Notes under the pieces: model-generated
What the model was told of the DNA's origin: nothing
Seen by the model: the letters and a program-made list of their open reading frames with translations, nothing else
Database searches by the model: none
Position numbers and translations under genes: made by a program
DNA from: Nitrospirota bacterium
GTDB taxonomy: Bacteria; Nitrospirota; UBA9217
DNA: 64,000 bases
Direction of reading: 5' to 3'
NCBI GenBank assembly: GCA_963737155.1
Contig: CAVTRN010000001.1
Span: 608,001-672,000 of the forward strand
Part shown: piece by piece, positions 1-11,400 of the stretch
How the letters are laid out: every line of letters begins with the position of its first letter
Position numbering within the stretch: position 1 is the stretch's first letter

Positions 1-207
1 CCTAGCGGTGCCCAAACCATCGTGACCCCAGAAGAAACGGTGGACGTCAAAGAGCAGAAAGCCTCGCTCATAGAGGTATCAGGAGCAACACTCGGTGAAG
101 TCGTCAGGGCACTGAACGCGTTGGGAGTAACCCCGCGAGACCTCGTCTCAATCCTTCAAGCGCTGAAGTCGGCAGGTGCCCTAAGGGCCGAGGTGGAGAT
201 TATCTGA
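1..207 (+). CDS. flgI: Flagellar P-ring protein, C-terminal part (5' end outside window)
   Basis: Frame open from base 1; ends LGEVVRALNALGVTPRDLVSILQALKSAGALRAEVEII, the typical FlgI C-terminus. Confidence 0.95.
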   Translation, partial: PSGAQTIVTPEETVDVKEQKASLIEVSGATLGEVVRALNALGVTPRDLVSILQALKSAGALRAEVEII

Positions 208-965
208 TGCTGAACGCGCCCGGTACAACCGATATGCGTCGACTGAGCCTCGAAGCCGCAGGAGGGAAAAACGACCCCAAAGCCATAAAGGCAGTGGCCA
301 AGGATATGGAAGCGCTCTTTGCATACGAGATGATCAAGGTCATGCGGGAGACGACGGACGACTCGTCGCAGAACTCTTTTGGCAAAGACACTTACATGAG
401 CATGTTCGATATGGAGCTTTCCCGTCTCTTCGCCGAACGGGGAATGGGTCTTCAGGACATGATCGAAAGAGGGCTTACGTCCATCGCGGGAAAGGGGAAT
501 CAGTTAACCCTGCCACAGCAAGCAGACCGGGCACAGGATCAAAAACAAGCGTTGCAGTCAGAGGTCAAGAGCCTGCTCCCGGATATTCAAAACCCGCAAA
601 TCAGTTCGGGATTCGGTATGCGAAAGGATCCCCTTACCGGGGAGCATGAGTTTCATAAGGGCATAGACATTGCCGCTCCCGCAGGCGCTAATGTCCATGC
701 AATCCGGAAAGGAAAGGTTGTGTTCAGCGGTGAGCAACGGGGTTACGGCAATGTCGTGATTGTAGACCATGAAAACGGATTTATAACCAAGTATGCGCAC
801 AATCAAAAAAATCTGGTAAAGGAAGGCGACGAGGTCGATGGGGGGTCGGTTATTGCACACGTAGGATCCTCTGGAAAATCAACGGGTTCTCACGTTCATT
901 TTGAGGTGCTGTATAGGGGGCAGGCAGTGAACCCCAGCATTCTCCTGACACACGGGCAAGATTAA
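207..965 (+). CDS. flgJ: FlgJ rod-binding domain fused to an M23 peptidase
   Basis: N-terminal MEALF..EMIKVMR...YMSMFDMELS...GMGL (rod-binding); C-terminal HKGID and HVHFE M23 zinc motifs; directly follows flgI. Confidence 0.85.
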   Translation: MLNAPGTTDMRRLSLEAAGGKNDPKAIKAVAKDMEALFAYEMIKVMRETTDDSSQNSFGKDTYMSMFDMELSRLFAERGMGLQDMIERGLTSIAGKGNQLTLPQQADRAQDQKQALQSEVKSLLPDIQNPQISSGFGMRKDPLTGEHEFHKGIDIAAPAGANVHAIRKGKVVFSGEQRGYGNVVIVDHENGFITKYAHNQKNLVKEGDEVDGGSVIAHVGSSGKSTGSHVHFEVLYRGQAVNPSILLTHGQD

Positions 966-989
966 AGTTTTTCTGGCTTCTGCCGATAA
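963..989 (+). promoter_or_regulatory. Sigma28 (FliA) promoter of flgM
   Basis: TAAAGTTT-N11-GCCGATAA, exact sigma28 consensus just upstream of flgM. Confidence 0.92.
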
Positions 990-1026
990 GAAAAACACAA
1001 ATCATGCCTCAAGTGAAGGAGAAATT

Positions 1027-1335
1027 ATGAATATCAATTCCAGCAAACCGCCTGAAGGCCAGGGACAGAGCTGCAGCGCACAAAATGCGAGGAACGTCCA
1101 GCAATCCCAAGCTGCAGAGCAGAAGGATAATGCCGCGCCGACACAGCAGACCGGCAGTGCAGACCGGGTGGATATCTCCGGCACCAGTAAGGAAATCACC
1201 GACATCATGTCCGCGGTCAACCAGCTTCCCGATGTGCGGAACGACAAGGTGCAGGCGATCAAGCAGAGTATTGATGCAGGCACCTATTCCGTTGACGCTA
1301 GCAAGGTGGCCTCGTCGATCATCAATAGCATATGA
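1027..1335 (+). CDS. flgM: Anti-sigma28 factor FlgM
   Basis: DRVDIS...PDVRNDKVQAIKQSIDAGTYSVDASKVA motif; gene order. Confidence 0.93.
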   Translation: MNINSSKPPEGQGQSCSAQNARNVQQSQAAEQKDNAAPTQQTGSADRVDISGTSKEITDIMSAVNQLPDVRNDKVQAIKQSIDAGTYSVDASKVASSIINSI

Positions 1336-1787
1336 AGTGGACTAACGATATTAAATCCATACTGACCGAACAGGTAGGCGGTTACCGCCGCCTGCTCGAC
1401 ATCCTCCAACGCGAACGCGCATGCCTTCTCCACTTCGATCCCTGCGGAGTGGAAGTCCTCGCCAAGGAGAAAGACACCATTGTGATGAAACTGAAGCTCT
1501 TAGAGGAGGAACGGGTGAGGCTCGTCCGGGCCTTCACAGAGGAACACGGAATTGCCGACAAAGCAGCATTTTCCAAGCTCGCCGAAACAGCCGGCGATGA
1601 CTCCTTCCAGCGACTCCGCCTCCAACTCATTTCGCTCCTCCAGAGCATCATGGAATTGAACGGCTTTAATCGCGTTCTGATTGAACGATCCACCTCGGTC
1701 GTGAAAAACGCACTGAATTTTCTGGGTTCCATCGGCATAGCGGTGCAAACGAAAAACTCCGGCACACTTTTTTCGAAGGAAGCATAA
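1332..1787 (+). CDS. flgN: Flagellar export chaperone FlgN
   Basis: Helical 151 aa protein between flgM and flgK with N..NRVLI motif. Confidence 0.85.
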   Translation: MKWTNDIKSILTEQVGGYRRLLDILQRERACLLHFDPCGVEVLAKEKDTIVMKLKLLEEERVRLVRAFTEEHGIADKAAFSKLAETAGDDSFQRLRLQLISLLQSIMELNGFNRVLIERSTSVVKNALNFLGSIGIAVQTKNSGTLFSKEA

Positions 1788-3428
1788 ATGTCTCTTACCG
1801 GCCTCTATAACATTGGTGAATCGGCGTTGGCAGCGAGCCAAGCTGGGCTCGCTGTAACCAGCAATAATATAGCGAACGTCAATACCCCTGGTTATGATGC
1901 TGAGGCAGTCACCCTCAGCATTTCAAACCCTATCCAGACCAGCGCAGGATCCATCGGAACCGGTGTTACGGCTACCGGGATCACGCGCAACTATAACCAG
2001 TTCATAGGAGCTCAACTACTTACCCAGCAGCAGAACCAGAGTGCTTCTTCATCATTAAGCCAGACATTGGGACAGGTGGAGCAGTTAATGAACGAGGATC
2101 AAGGCGTCGGCTTGTCCACGCCATTGAGCAATTTTTTTAACGACTGGAACAATGTAGCATCATCTCCTGACTCTTCGGCAGCCCGCACCACTCTGATCCA
2201 GGATGCAGGCACCCTTGTAACAACAGCTCAGACGATCGGAAGCAGCCTCAACGCTACAGTTAGCAACGCAAACCAGGCAATCACCAGTGATGTAGGCCAA
2301 ATCAATACGATTGCAACAGAAATTGCAGGGCTCAACAAGCAAATTGTTCAACAGGAAGCAGGCGCAAACGGATCTCAGCCAAGTGCATTACTAAGTCAAC
2401 AAGACGCCCAATTAACGGCACTTGCCCAACTCACAAACTTTTCCACATATACAAATAGCGACGGATCAATTACCGTTGAAGTCGGCGGGCAAAACCTTGT
2501 TTCTGGCTCGCAGGCCTACACGATGAGCACTGCAGCTGATTCGAACGGCAACCAGGCTGTAATGCTAAATGGAAATAATATTACGTCTGGTATAACGGGT
2601 GGAGATATCGGCGGGCAAATTTCCTCCATAAGCGGGATTCAAAATACAACGCTCACAGGGCTGGAAACGCTTATTACTTCCCTTACGCTGCAGGTGAATA
2701 AATTAAATAGTTCCGGATACGGCCTCGACGGGTCGACTGGGAATAATTTTTTCAATGCACCACAGCTTACTACGCTCAATAATACGACGAACTCGGATAT
2801 CACGGCCACGGTAAGCAATGAGGCCAATCTCTCCGCTACAGTATACAATTTTACCTTTTCTGGCGGAAAATACAGCGTTTATAACAGCCAGACAGGCGCG
2901 ATTGTTACCGGTCCTACTGCTTATACGGCAGGGACTCCGATCGATCTTAGCTCAACACTCGGCATGACGGTGGATATACCGGCAGGGACGCCGGCTTCAG
3001 GATCCTTTACCATCAGCCCGCTTACCTCGGCAATCAGCAACTTCGGAGTGGCACTTACCGACCCCAACCAGGTAGCCGCCGCCTCTACGGCTGCAGGTGT
3101 CCCGGGTGATAACAGCAACGCGACACTCATTTCACAACTGGCTGGACAAACGATAAGCGCTCTTGGCAATGAGACTTTCTCTGATTACTATAGCGGCATT
3201 GTAGCCACGGCCGGTTCAGCCGCACAATCGGCATCCGACAATCTTACCTTTGATAACAACCTGGTCTCGTCCCTTCAGAGCCAGGAGCAATCGGCCTCAG
3301 GCGTCTCTCTCGATCAGGAGGCGACTAATCTTATGCTTTACCAGAGATCCTACGATGCGGCCGCTCAGCTTATTACCATAACTGATCAAATGGTCCAGAC
3401 ATTGCTTAATATACAGACGTCGGGGTAA
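1788..3428 (+). CDS. flgK: Hook-associated protein 1
   Basis: SNNIANVNTPGY N-terminus; SGVSLDQEATNLMLYQRSY C-terminus. Confidence 0.93.
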   Translation: MSLTGLYNIGESALAASQAGLAVTSNNIANVNTPGYDAEAVTLSISNPIQTSAGSIGTGVTATGITRNYNQFIGAQLLTQQQNQSASSSLSQTLGQVEQLMNEDQGVGLSTPLSNFFNDWNNVASSPDSSAARTTLIQDAGTLVTTAQTIGSSLNATVSNANQAITSDVGQINTIATEIAGLNKQIVQQEAGANGSQPSALLSQQDAQLTALAQLTNFSTYTNSDGSITVEVGGQNLVSGSQAYTMSTAADSNGNQAVMLNGNNITSGITGGDIGGQISSISGIQNTTLTGLETLITSLTLQVNKLNSSGYGLDGSTGNNFFNAPQLTTLNNTTNSDITATVSNEANLSATVYNFTFSGGKYSVYNSQTGAIVTGPTAYTAGTPIDLSSTLGMTVDIPAGTPASGSFTISPLTSAISNFGVALTDPNQVAAASTAAGVPGDNSNATLISQLAGQTISALGNETFSDYYSGIVATAGSAAQSASDNLTFDNNLVSSLQSQEQSASGVSLDQEATNLMLYQRSYDAAAQLITITDQMVQTLLNIQTSG

Positions 3429-3432
3429 TACT

Positions 3433-4458
3433 ATGAGAATAACCACATCCATGATCTCTAGTCAGTTACTGGCTGACATCCAGAACAGCCAGACATCTGA
3501 GGACAATATGACCCAGCAGCTGGGTACGGGCGATAATATACTTACTCCTTCCGATAATGTCATGGGCACAGTCCGTTCCATGGACTACCAGGTGAATATC
3601 AGTAGTGACGGCCAGTATGAGAACAATATAGACAACGCAAGCAATAATCTTAACGAGACAAACACCGTTCTCACTTCAATATCCGATACGCTCTCAAGCA
3701 TTACAGGCATTCTGAATAGTGCAACCTCGTCATCAGGGCAGAGCAGCCAATTGGCCAGTCAGGTATCCCAGCTGCAGAATCAGCTTCTTGGCTATGCAAA
3801 CACCAATATTGGCGGTGACTATCTGCTCTCAGGTTTTCAGACAGGCACGCAGCCCTATGCGGCGGGTACCTCTGATTATCAGGGCGATACAGGGCTCCAG
3901 AACGTTCCCATCGGCGAAAATGCGACAATTGCGCAAAATGTTCCAGGCACCAGTGTACTTAGTTACACTCAAACAAAACCGTATACAGCCACGCTATCGA
4001 ATGGCGATACCGCAACCTATACTAATGGAGGTACTACGGTAGCGGGTGAACCGATAGTAAATGTTAGCATCACTGATGCCAACCATAATCCGGTTTCGAA
4101 TTTCAGTTTTTCAAATGCAATCCAGCTGACTGGCATGCTGAGCACGGCCGTAGCAAATAACGACACTACCACTATCGATGCGCTCCAGTACCCCTTTAGC
4201 CAGATGCAGAACCAGGTAAATACGGCCCAAGCTGATGTAAGCGCAAGTTTGAACGGACTTAAGGATCAAACAACTAACCTGACCCAAAGCACGACCATCA
4301 CGCAGAACAGCCTTTCCACGATCCAGAGCGCGGACACCGCCTCGCTTGGCGTGGAGATTCAGCAGGCGAACACAGATCTTCAGGCCCTCTACTCAGCATC
4401 TGCTGAGATTCTTCCCTTGTCTCTCTTTAGCTTTCTGCAGTCGTCAAGTACCGGGTAG
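3433..4458 (+). CDS. flgL: Hook-associated protein 3
   Basis: MRITT start, TG..I.TPSD, AN....GDYLLSG..T...PY motifs; follows flgK. Confidence 0.9.
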   Translation: MRITTSMISSQLLADIQNSQTSEDNMTQQLGTGDNILTPSDNVMGTVRSMDYQVNISSDGQYENNIDNASNNLNETNTVLTSISDTLSSITGILNSATSSSGQSSQLASQVSQLQNQLLGYANTNIGGDYLLSGFQTGTQPYAAGTSDYQGDTGLQNVPIGENATIAQNVPGTSVLSYTQTKPYTATLSNGDTATYTNGGTTVAGEPIVNVSITDANHNPVSNFSFSNAIQLTGMLSTAVANNDTTTIDALQYPFSQMQNQVNTAQADVSASLNGLKDQTTNLTQSTTITQNSLSTIQSADTASLGVEIQQANTDLQALYSASAEILPLSLFSFLQSSSTG

Positions 4459-5723
4459 TTGATTCACAATAAATATTGCTCAAGTATTTTTTTAACAAAT
4501 CTTTGGCACGAGCAGAAATAATGGGCATCAGGAATGCCCGAAAAACACCCCAAGAATTCTGGACGCGCAAAAAGGCTTTAAATCTCCTCAATGCCTCCCT
4601 CGTACAAATCAGGCTCTCGCGGAAGACTTCGCGCTTTCAAAGCGAGCCGATGCCCGCAGGCCCAAGGCAATCGTCTTGTTTTCTCTCCTTCCCTGATCGA
4701 TCATCAGCAGCTCATCATTTTTTGAGCAGACCAAACCGCAAAGCTGGATCATGGCTATATCGCCGGCCTAGACTTGGCTCGATGAGGCGGAAACAGAATT
4801 GTTCTTTGCTCGATTGATGCGCGGTGGTAGGGACGCGTAATAACCAGACGTCTATTCTCTCGTGGAGATAAATCTCCAGAGTCATGAGCCCACTATCCTC
4901 GCTAGATATCCGCCGTTCTCGGCATCCAGCGCCGTGCAATTCTCTTGGTAGATTTCTTTTCATCGTCGACCACCTCCCGCTCCTCCGCATAAAGAGAGGC
5001 TTGCCAAACGTGAAAAAATAGATTCTAGGCTCGAGTGTGGAGCAAAAGAATATCGTAAATCGAAGGTTGTGCCAGATTGTTCAAATACCAGCATTGTATT
5101 GTAAACATCTTTGTCCGGAGCAGGTTCCGGGAATTGAAGAGCATCGGGTGGGTATCTGTGTAATGGTGCTCCCACCGTCCGTCAAACAGACTATCCAATG
5201 TCATAAAATTACAACATTTCATTCATTGCATTTTTTCGATATCCCCCCAAAAGTACCCCTATATATTTTATTTGCTATCGAACTCGGCGTTCCATCAAGA
5301 TTCGACTCTGCGATAATTTATCACCAACACATTGTAGATTAGTCAATGCGATTGCCACGCGGCCCGGTGCCGGTCGTAAACTTGACACCGAGACGGTATC
5401 GCCGTTGTAATTTTTAACTCAAGCATTACTCGAGGAATCTATGGCAATGGTTTGTCGAATTGACACCGGTCGGAAATGTCAGAGTCAACTGGACAGTGAT
5501 TGGTATGAAGGATGTAATCCCGCCCGCGTTGATATCATTTCAGTTCGCCGCTATGCTATAATTTTAAATAAATACGGATTCTTACAAAAATCGTAAAAAT
5601 CGGAAATTTTCGCTCCGCTGAAACGTCTCTGGAGTGAAAAAATAAACAGGTTGCAGTGTCACTACCGGGAACGGAACGATGAAGAAATATTAATGTCTGA
5701 TTGAAAAGTACAAGGACCTTATC

Positions 5724-7289
5724 ATGTCACGATCAGCCAGACTATCTCCGGTTGCGCTCATCATTGTTTTTCTGTTGTCCGGTTGTGTGAAAGTGGGGCC
5801 GGACTTCCACAGGCCGGAGAGTGTAGTTTCGCCGAGCTGGATAGTGGCTGGACATAAAAGGGTGCGAAATGGGTCTTCGGATTACCGCGCATGGTGGAAG
5901 GTATTCAACGACCCAGTCCTAGATGGGCTTATTGACCGTGCATACAGCGAGAACCTCACGCTGAGGATTGCAGGAATTCGCATACTGGAAGCCAGGGCAC
6001 AACTCGGCATTGCCATAGGGAGTATCTTTCCCCAAACCCAGCAGGCTTCGGGGTCTCTGGAACATATCAAGACAAGTGAATCTTCTCCCCAGTTCTTTCC
6101 TGAATATTCCATTGATCAAATAGGGATTAACGCAGGTTGGGAACTCGATTTTTGGGGAAAGTTTAGACGGTCGATCGAGTCGGCCAATGCCACGTGGCTT
6201 GCAACAGTCGCTGATTACGATAATGCCATGGTCAGCCTTACGGCCGATGTTGCCATTTCATATATTACGATCAGGACGCTCGAAAAACAGATAGCCATTG
6301 CCTGTGAAAATGTGGATGTCCAGAAAGAAAGTATGCAGATCACGGAAGCCAGGTTCCATTTTGGCACAGTTACTCAGTTGGATGTGGCGCAGGCCCGAAC
6401 AGTCCTCAATAACACCCTTGCTTCTGTCTCACCCCTTGAAACCCAACTGCGGCAGCAGGAAGATGCCCTTTGCGTATTACTGGGGATTGCGCCACGAGAC
6501 TTAGCGGATTTAATCAAGGGAAATGCTGAAATCCCTGTCTCTCCGCCTGAGGTAATCGCAGGCATTCCTGCCGACCTTCTCCGACGTAGACCGGACATTC
6601 GGAGTGCGGAGTACCAGGCAGCTGCTCAATCAGCCCAGATCGGTGTGGCCAAAGCTGACCTTTATCCGGCTTTCTCACTGAGCGGAATGTTTGGCTTTCT
6701 GTCAAGCAATTACGGACGATCCGAACTCGCAGACATCTTGGAGTGGAAAAACCGAACGTTCCAGATTGGCACTTCATTCCAGTGGAATATTCTTAATTAT
6801 GGCCAAATCACGAATAATGTCCGAGTGCAGGATGCCAGGTTCCAGGAACTGCTTGTTACATATCAGAACACAGTCTTGAAGGCACAACAGGATGTGGAAG
6901 ATAATCTGGCTGCCTTTCTGAGAGCCCAGGAACGGGCCCAGTATCTGGCCCAGAGCACTGTGGCTGCCAAGGATGCATTTGATATCGCGGCTAAACAATA
7001 TCGGCAAGGCATCACAGACTTTACCACCGTGCTGGTAGCCCAACAGAATCTTTTGAATGAGCAGGACAATCTGGCCGTTACTATGGGCAATATATCCAGC
7101 GGGTTGGTTGGAGTCTATAGGTCTCTGGGCGGGGGTTGGGAAATCCGTGAAGGCAAGGAATTGGTGCCTCCCACTATTAAAGAGGAAATGACGAAACGTA
7201 CTGATTGGGGCAAATTGCTCGCACCTGCATTATATAATCCGCCATTATTGACAGAGCCCAAGTCATCAATCCGGCCCCCGGATTGGTAG
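5724..7289 (+). CDS. RND efflux outer-membrane lipoprotein (NodT/OprM family)
   Basis: Lipobox LLSGC, WW..FNDP.L, WELDFWGK.RR, LLRRRPDIR.AE, YRSLGGGW. Confidence 0.95.
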   Translation: MSRSARLSPVALIIVFLLSGCVKVGPDFHRPESVVSPSWIVAGHKRVRNGSSDYRAWWKVFNDPVLDGLIDRAYSENLTLRIAGIRILEARAQLGIAIGSIFPQTQQASGSLEHIKTSESSPQFFPEYSIDQIGINAGWELDFWGKFRRSIESANATWLATVADYDNAMVSLTADVAISYITIRTLEKQIAIACENVDVQKESMQITEARFHFGTVTQLDVAQARTVLNNTLASVSPLETQLRQQEDALCVLLGIAPRDLADLIKGNAEIPVSPPEVIAGIPADLLRRRPDIRSAEYQAAAQSAQIGVAKADLYPAFSLSGMFGFLSSNYGRSELADILEWKNRTFQIGTSFQWNILNYGQITNNVRVQDARFQELLVTYQNTVLKAQQDVEDNLAAFLRAQERAQYLAQSTVAAKDAFDIAAKQYRQGITDFTTVLVAQQNLLNEQDNLAVTMGNISSGLVGVYRSLGGGWEIREGKELVPPTIKEEMTKRTDWGKLLAPALYNPPLLTEPKSSIRPPDW

Positions 7290-7313
7290 AGAATACAGGA
7301 GAGGAAGCCAAGC

Positions 7314-8459
7314 ATGAAGATTTGGACGGAGCTCATGAAAGTTGCATGCTGGAGCGCCTTGATTGTCTTTGTCCTTATTGCAGGGTGCAAAGCAAAGAAA
7401 GCCGCGCCTCCTCCTCCGCCTGAAGTTACGGTTAAACAGCCGGAGCAGCGGATCGTGACCGACTATCTCGAACTTAGCGGAAACACCCAGGCAATAAATA
7501 CTGTTCAACTGGTCGGTAGGGTGCCGGGTTACCTCGATAAGGTCTTTTTTCACGATGGGCAAATGGTCAAAAAAGGCCAAACGCTTTTTCTCATCCAGCA
7601 AAATACATATCAAGCCAGGCTTCAGCAGGCAGAAGGACAAGTCTTATTACAAAAAGCCCAGTTGGAATATGCTGCGAGCCAGTTTACCCGCTATTCCGCA
7701 TTGTTGCCGGAAAAGGCTGCCGCGCAATCCGATGTCGACAACTGGAAGTACCAGCGGGATGCTGCCCAGGCCAACCTGAAAGCAGCGGAAGCACAACGTG
7801 ACCTTGCCAAACTTGATCTGAGTTATACGGAGGTTACCGCCCCTTTAGACGGCCGTATCGACCGTAGGCTGCAAGACCCAGGCAACCTTGTGGGCACAGA
7901 TACCGGCAACTCTGTCCTGGCTCAGCTCAACCAAATCGACCCGATCTATGTTTATTTTACGATCAGCGATGCGGACTTGGCCCGGCTTATGAAGAGTGCT
8001 CATGGGATCCCCGGGAGTGGCAGTCTCCAAAAATGGCCGGTATTTATAGGGTTGACGGATGAAAAAGACTACCCGCATCACGGCCACCTCGATTTTGCTT
8101 CAATCAGTCTTACTCCCACCAGCGGCACTCTCCTTATGAGGGGAGTTTTTTCGAATCCCTCCGGGAGAATACTGCCGGGCCTGTTTGCAAGGGTGCAAGT
8201 GCCCCTGGAGAAAGAAGCCGCGTTCCTCTTGCCTGAAACTGCTATTAGTAATGATCAGCAGGGCGATTATGTTCTGATTGTAAACGAAAAGCATATTGTG
8301 GAACGTCGCCTTATAAAAACCGGTCCTTCGAGAAATGGTATGCGGGTCATCGAAGAAGGCCTTACCGGGGGAGAATGGGTCATTACCAACGGTATATTAA
8401 AAGCGTTTCCCGGACGCCAGGTCACTCCTGTGTCTGAGAGCGGGCGGGGAAAACAATGA
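7314..8459 (+). CDS. RND periplasmic adaptor (membrane fusion protein)
   Basis: Lipobox IAGC, lipoyl-like G..VKKGQ.LF, LSYTEVTAPLDGRI, LPG.FARV. Confidence 0.95.
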   Translation: MKIWTELMKVACWSALIVFVLIAGCKAKKAAPPPPPEVTVKQPEQRIVTDYLELSGNTQAINTVQLVGRVPGYLDKVFFHDGQMVKKGQTLFLIQQNTYQARLQQAEGQVLLQKAQLEYAASQFTRYSALLPEKAAAQSDVDNWKYQRDAAQANLKAAEAQRDLAKLDLSYTEVTAPLDGRIDRRLQDPGNLVGTDTGNSVLAQLNQIDPIYVYFTISDADLARLMKSAHGIPGSGSLQKWPVFIGLTDEKDYPHHGHLDFASISLTPTSGTLLMRGVFSNPSGRILPGLFARVQVPLEKEAAFLLPETAISNDQQGDYVLIVNEKHIVERRLIKTGPSRNGMRVIEEGLTGGEWVITNGILKAFPGRQVTPVSESGRGKQ

Positions 8460-11400
8460 TCTCCCGATTCTTTATCGAACGGCCCATCTTCGCCAATGTC
8501 ATAGCGGTGATCACAATAGTCATCGGGCTTGTGTTCCTCCGTAGTCTTCCTGTTGCTCAATACCCACAAATCGTTCCGCCAACAATTCAAGTTTCCACGA
8601 GCTATCCAGGAGCGAGCGCTGAAGTTGTGGCGCAAACGATTGGAGTGCCTATCGAACAGGCGGTCAACGGCGTCGAAGGTTCCATCTATACGTCGTCTAC
8701 CAGCGGCAGCGACGGCAGTTACACCCTGACGATCACCTTCGATGTCGGGACCGACCTGAACAAGTCGATAGCCCTTGTGCAAAACCTGGTGAACACTTCC
8801 CTTGCCCAATTGCCTGGGGTCGCTCAGCAACAAGGGGTCAATGTCAAGAAAATCTCTACTAATATATTGCTGGTTGCAAGCCTCTATGCCGACGACGAAC
8901 GATTTGATGAAGTGTTTCTCTCTAACTACGGAATTATCAATCTTCAAAACCCGCTGGCGCGTATTCCTGGTGTAGCTCTGGTAAGGATCATCGGCGCCGG
9001 TCCTTACAGCATGAGGATCTGGCTGGACCCTAAGAGACTTCAGATTTTCGGCCTTACTCCAGCCGATATTCTTACAGCTATTCAAGGCCAGAATGTCCAG
9101 GTAGTCTCCGGACAGCTTGGTGCCCCGCCGGTGCCGAAGGATCAGCCGCTGCAGTTAACGATTACGGCCCTTGGCCGTCTGTCGGATGTGGGCCAATTTG
9201 AAAATATAATCGTAAAATCTACCACCGGAGCAGCGGCTCAGATAGTGAGGATTCGCGACATAGGCCGTGTGGAGTTAAGCCAGCAGAATTTCAACAACTA
9301 TTCGCGATTTACCGGTCACAAGTCAGCCCAGATGGCTGTTTTTGCACTGCCCGACGCCAATGCCATCTCTGTTGCCGACTCCGTTTACCGCGCCATGGCC
9401 GATTTGAGTAAGACATTTCCCGCAGGACTCAAATATGGCATCCGGTTCGATACCACCAGGTTTGTCCGGGAGTCCATTTCAAAGGTGTATGAGACACTCA
9501 TTATAGCCGGCATTCTCGTGCTGATCGTAATTCTCGTCTTCCTGCAAAGTTTCAGAGCCACATTGGTTCCTGCCACTACTGTTCCTGTCACTATTATCGG
9601 TGCTTTCATTGCGATAGCCGCCCTCGGTTTCACCATAAACCTGATGACTCTGTTTGCCCTGGTCCTTTCTATCGGCATAGTGGTGGATGATGCCATCGTC
9701 ATTGTCGAGAACAGCTCATACCATGTCGAGGAGGGAATGCCACCCAAAGAAGCGACGATCAAAGCTATGAATGAACTGACAGGACCTGTCATGGGTATTA
9801 CCCTGGCCCTGGTTGCGGTCTTCCTACCGGCTGCCTTCCTTCCCGGCATTACAGGACAGCTATTCCGGCAATTCGCCCTCGTGATCGCCTCTACCTCTGT
9901 TATCAGCGCCATTAATGCGCTGACGTTAAAGCCTGTTCAGTGCGCTTACTGGCTGAGACCCCGGGGAAACAAACCTGTCAATTGGTTTTACAGGGAATTC
10001 AATAAAGGATTTCAGTCGGTGACCAAAATCTATATTGGGGCAGTTACACGCATGGTGAAAAAGCCGGCCCTGTTTATTGCCATCTTTGCCGTTATAATCA
10101 CAGCAACATTCCTTTTATTTCTAAGCCGCCCTACAGGTTTTCTTCCAACCGAAGACCAGGGCTACGGCATTATCGTCTCCCGCTTGCCGCAAGGGGCGTC
10201 CCAGCCCCGGTCACGGGAAGTTGCCGCGAAAATTAATGCAATTCTGAACAGAACTGCCGGCGTTGATTTCTGGGTGCATATAGGAGGTTTATCGATTCTG
10301 GACAACGCCAATGTCTCTAATTTTTCCACGACATTCGTCGTTTATAAGGACTGGAAGGACCGCGGAACTTCATTAGACCAGGATACGATTGTTTCGAGCG
10401 TCAACCGTGAGCTTGCTGGAATTCAGGAAGCCCAGGCTATCATGGTGGTCCCGCCGCCGATCCGGGGGCTAGCCCAAACGGGCGGTCTGCAAATGATGGT
10501 TGAAGACCGCGGCAACGTCGGACTGCAGGAACTCCAGAAGGCCACAAGCGAACTTGTCCGGAATGGAAATTCCAATCCCGCCCTGCAGGGACTAAATACT
10601 ACATTTGCGCTAAGCAGCCCGCAACTATATCTGAATATCGATCGTACCAAAGCGGAGTCATTTCAGGTTCCCATGTCTAATGTTCTGGATTCCCTACAGG
10701 CTTACATGGGATCTTCGTTTGTTAACCTGTTTAACAAATATAACCAGGTATTTCAGGTTTACATACAGGCTGACACCCGCTACCGTCTGCAGCCGCAGGA
10801 CATAAAAAACCTATATGTCCGCAACCAAAAGGGGGACATGGTCCCCCTCGGAAGCCTGCTGGAGATCAGGAAGGTACAGGGTTCTGAGTTGATTACCCGC
10901 TATGACCTTTATCCGTCAGCGGCCATTTTCGGATCCGCTGCGCCCGGGTATAGCTCAGGCCAAGCCAATGAAGCAATGGAACAGATGGCTGCCAAACTGT
11001 TGCCGCAAGGAATAGCTTATGAATGGACATCTACAACTTACCAGGAAAAAAAAGTGGGCAAACAGGCCTATTTCATATATACCCTGTCCATTTTTCTGGT
11101 CTATATGGTATTGGCCGCTTTATATGAGAGCTGGACCTCGCCTGCGGCAGTCGTCATGGTCGTACCCCTGGCTCTCGTCGGGGTCCTCCTGGCCATAATG
11201 GCCCGGGGCTATGACAACAACCTGTATACCCAGGTGGGACTGGTGCTGATGATTGCCCTTGCGAGCAAGAACGCGATTCTCATTGTGGAATTCGCCCGCG
11301 ACCTGCACCATGGAGGCATGAGTATAGAGGAAGCCGCAATTGAGGCGACCCGTCGCAGGTTCCGGCCCATTATTATGACTTCGTTTGCTTTCATCCTGGG

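Noticed and set aside
4503-4520. TTGGCACG, a sigma54 -24-like box after flgL
   Set aside because: No TTGC -12 element at the required spacing
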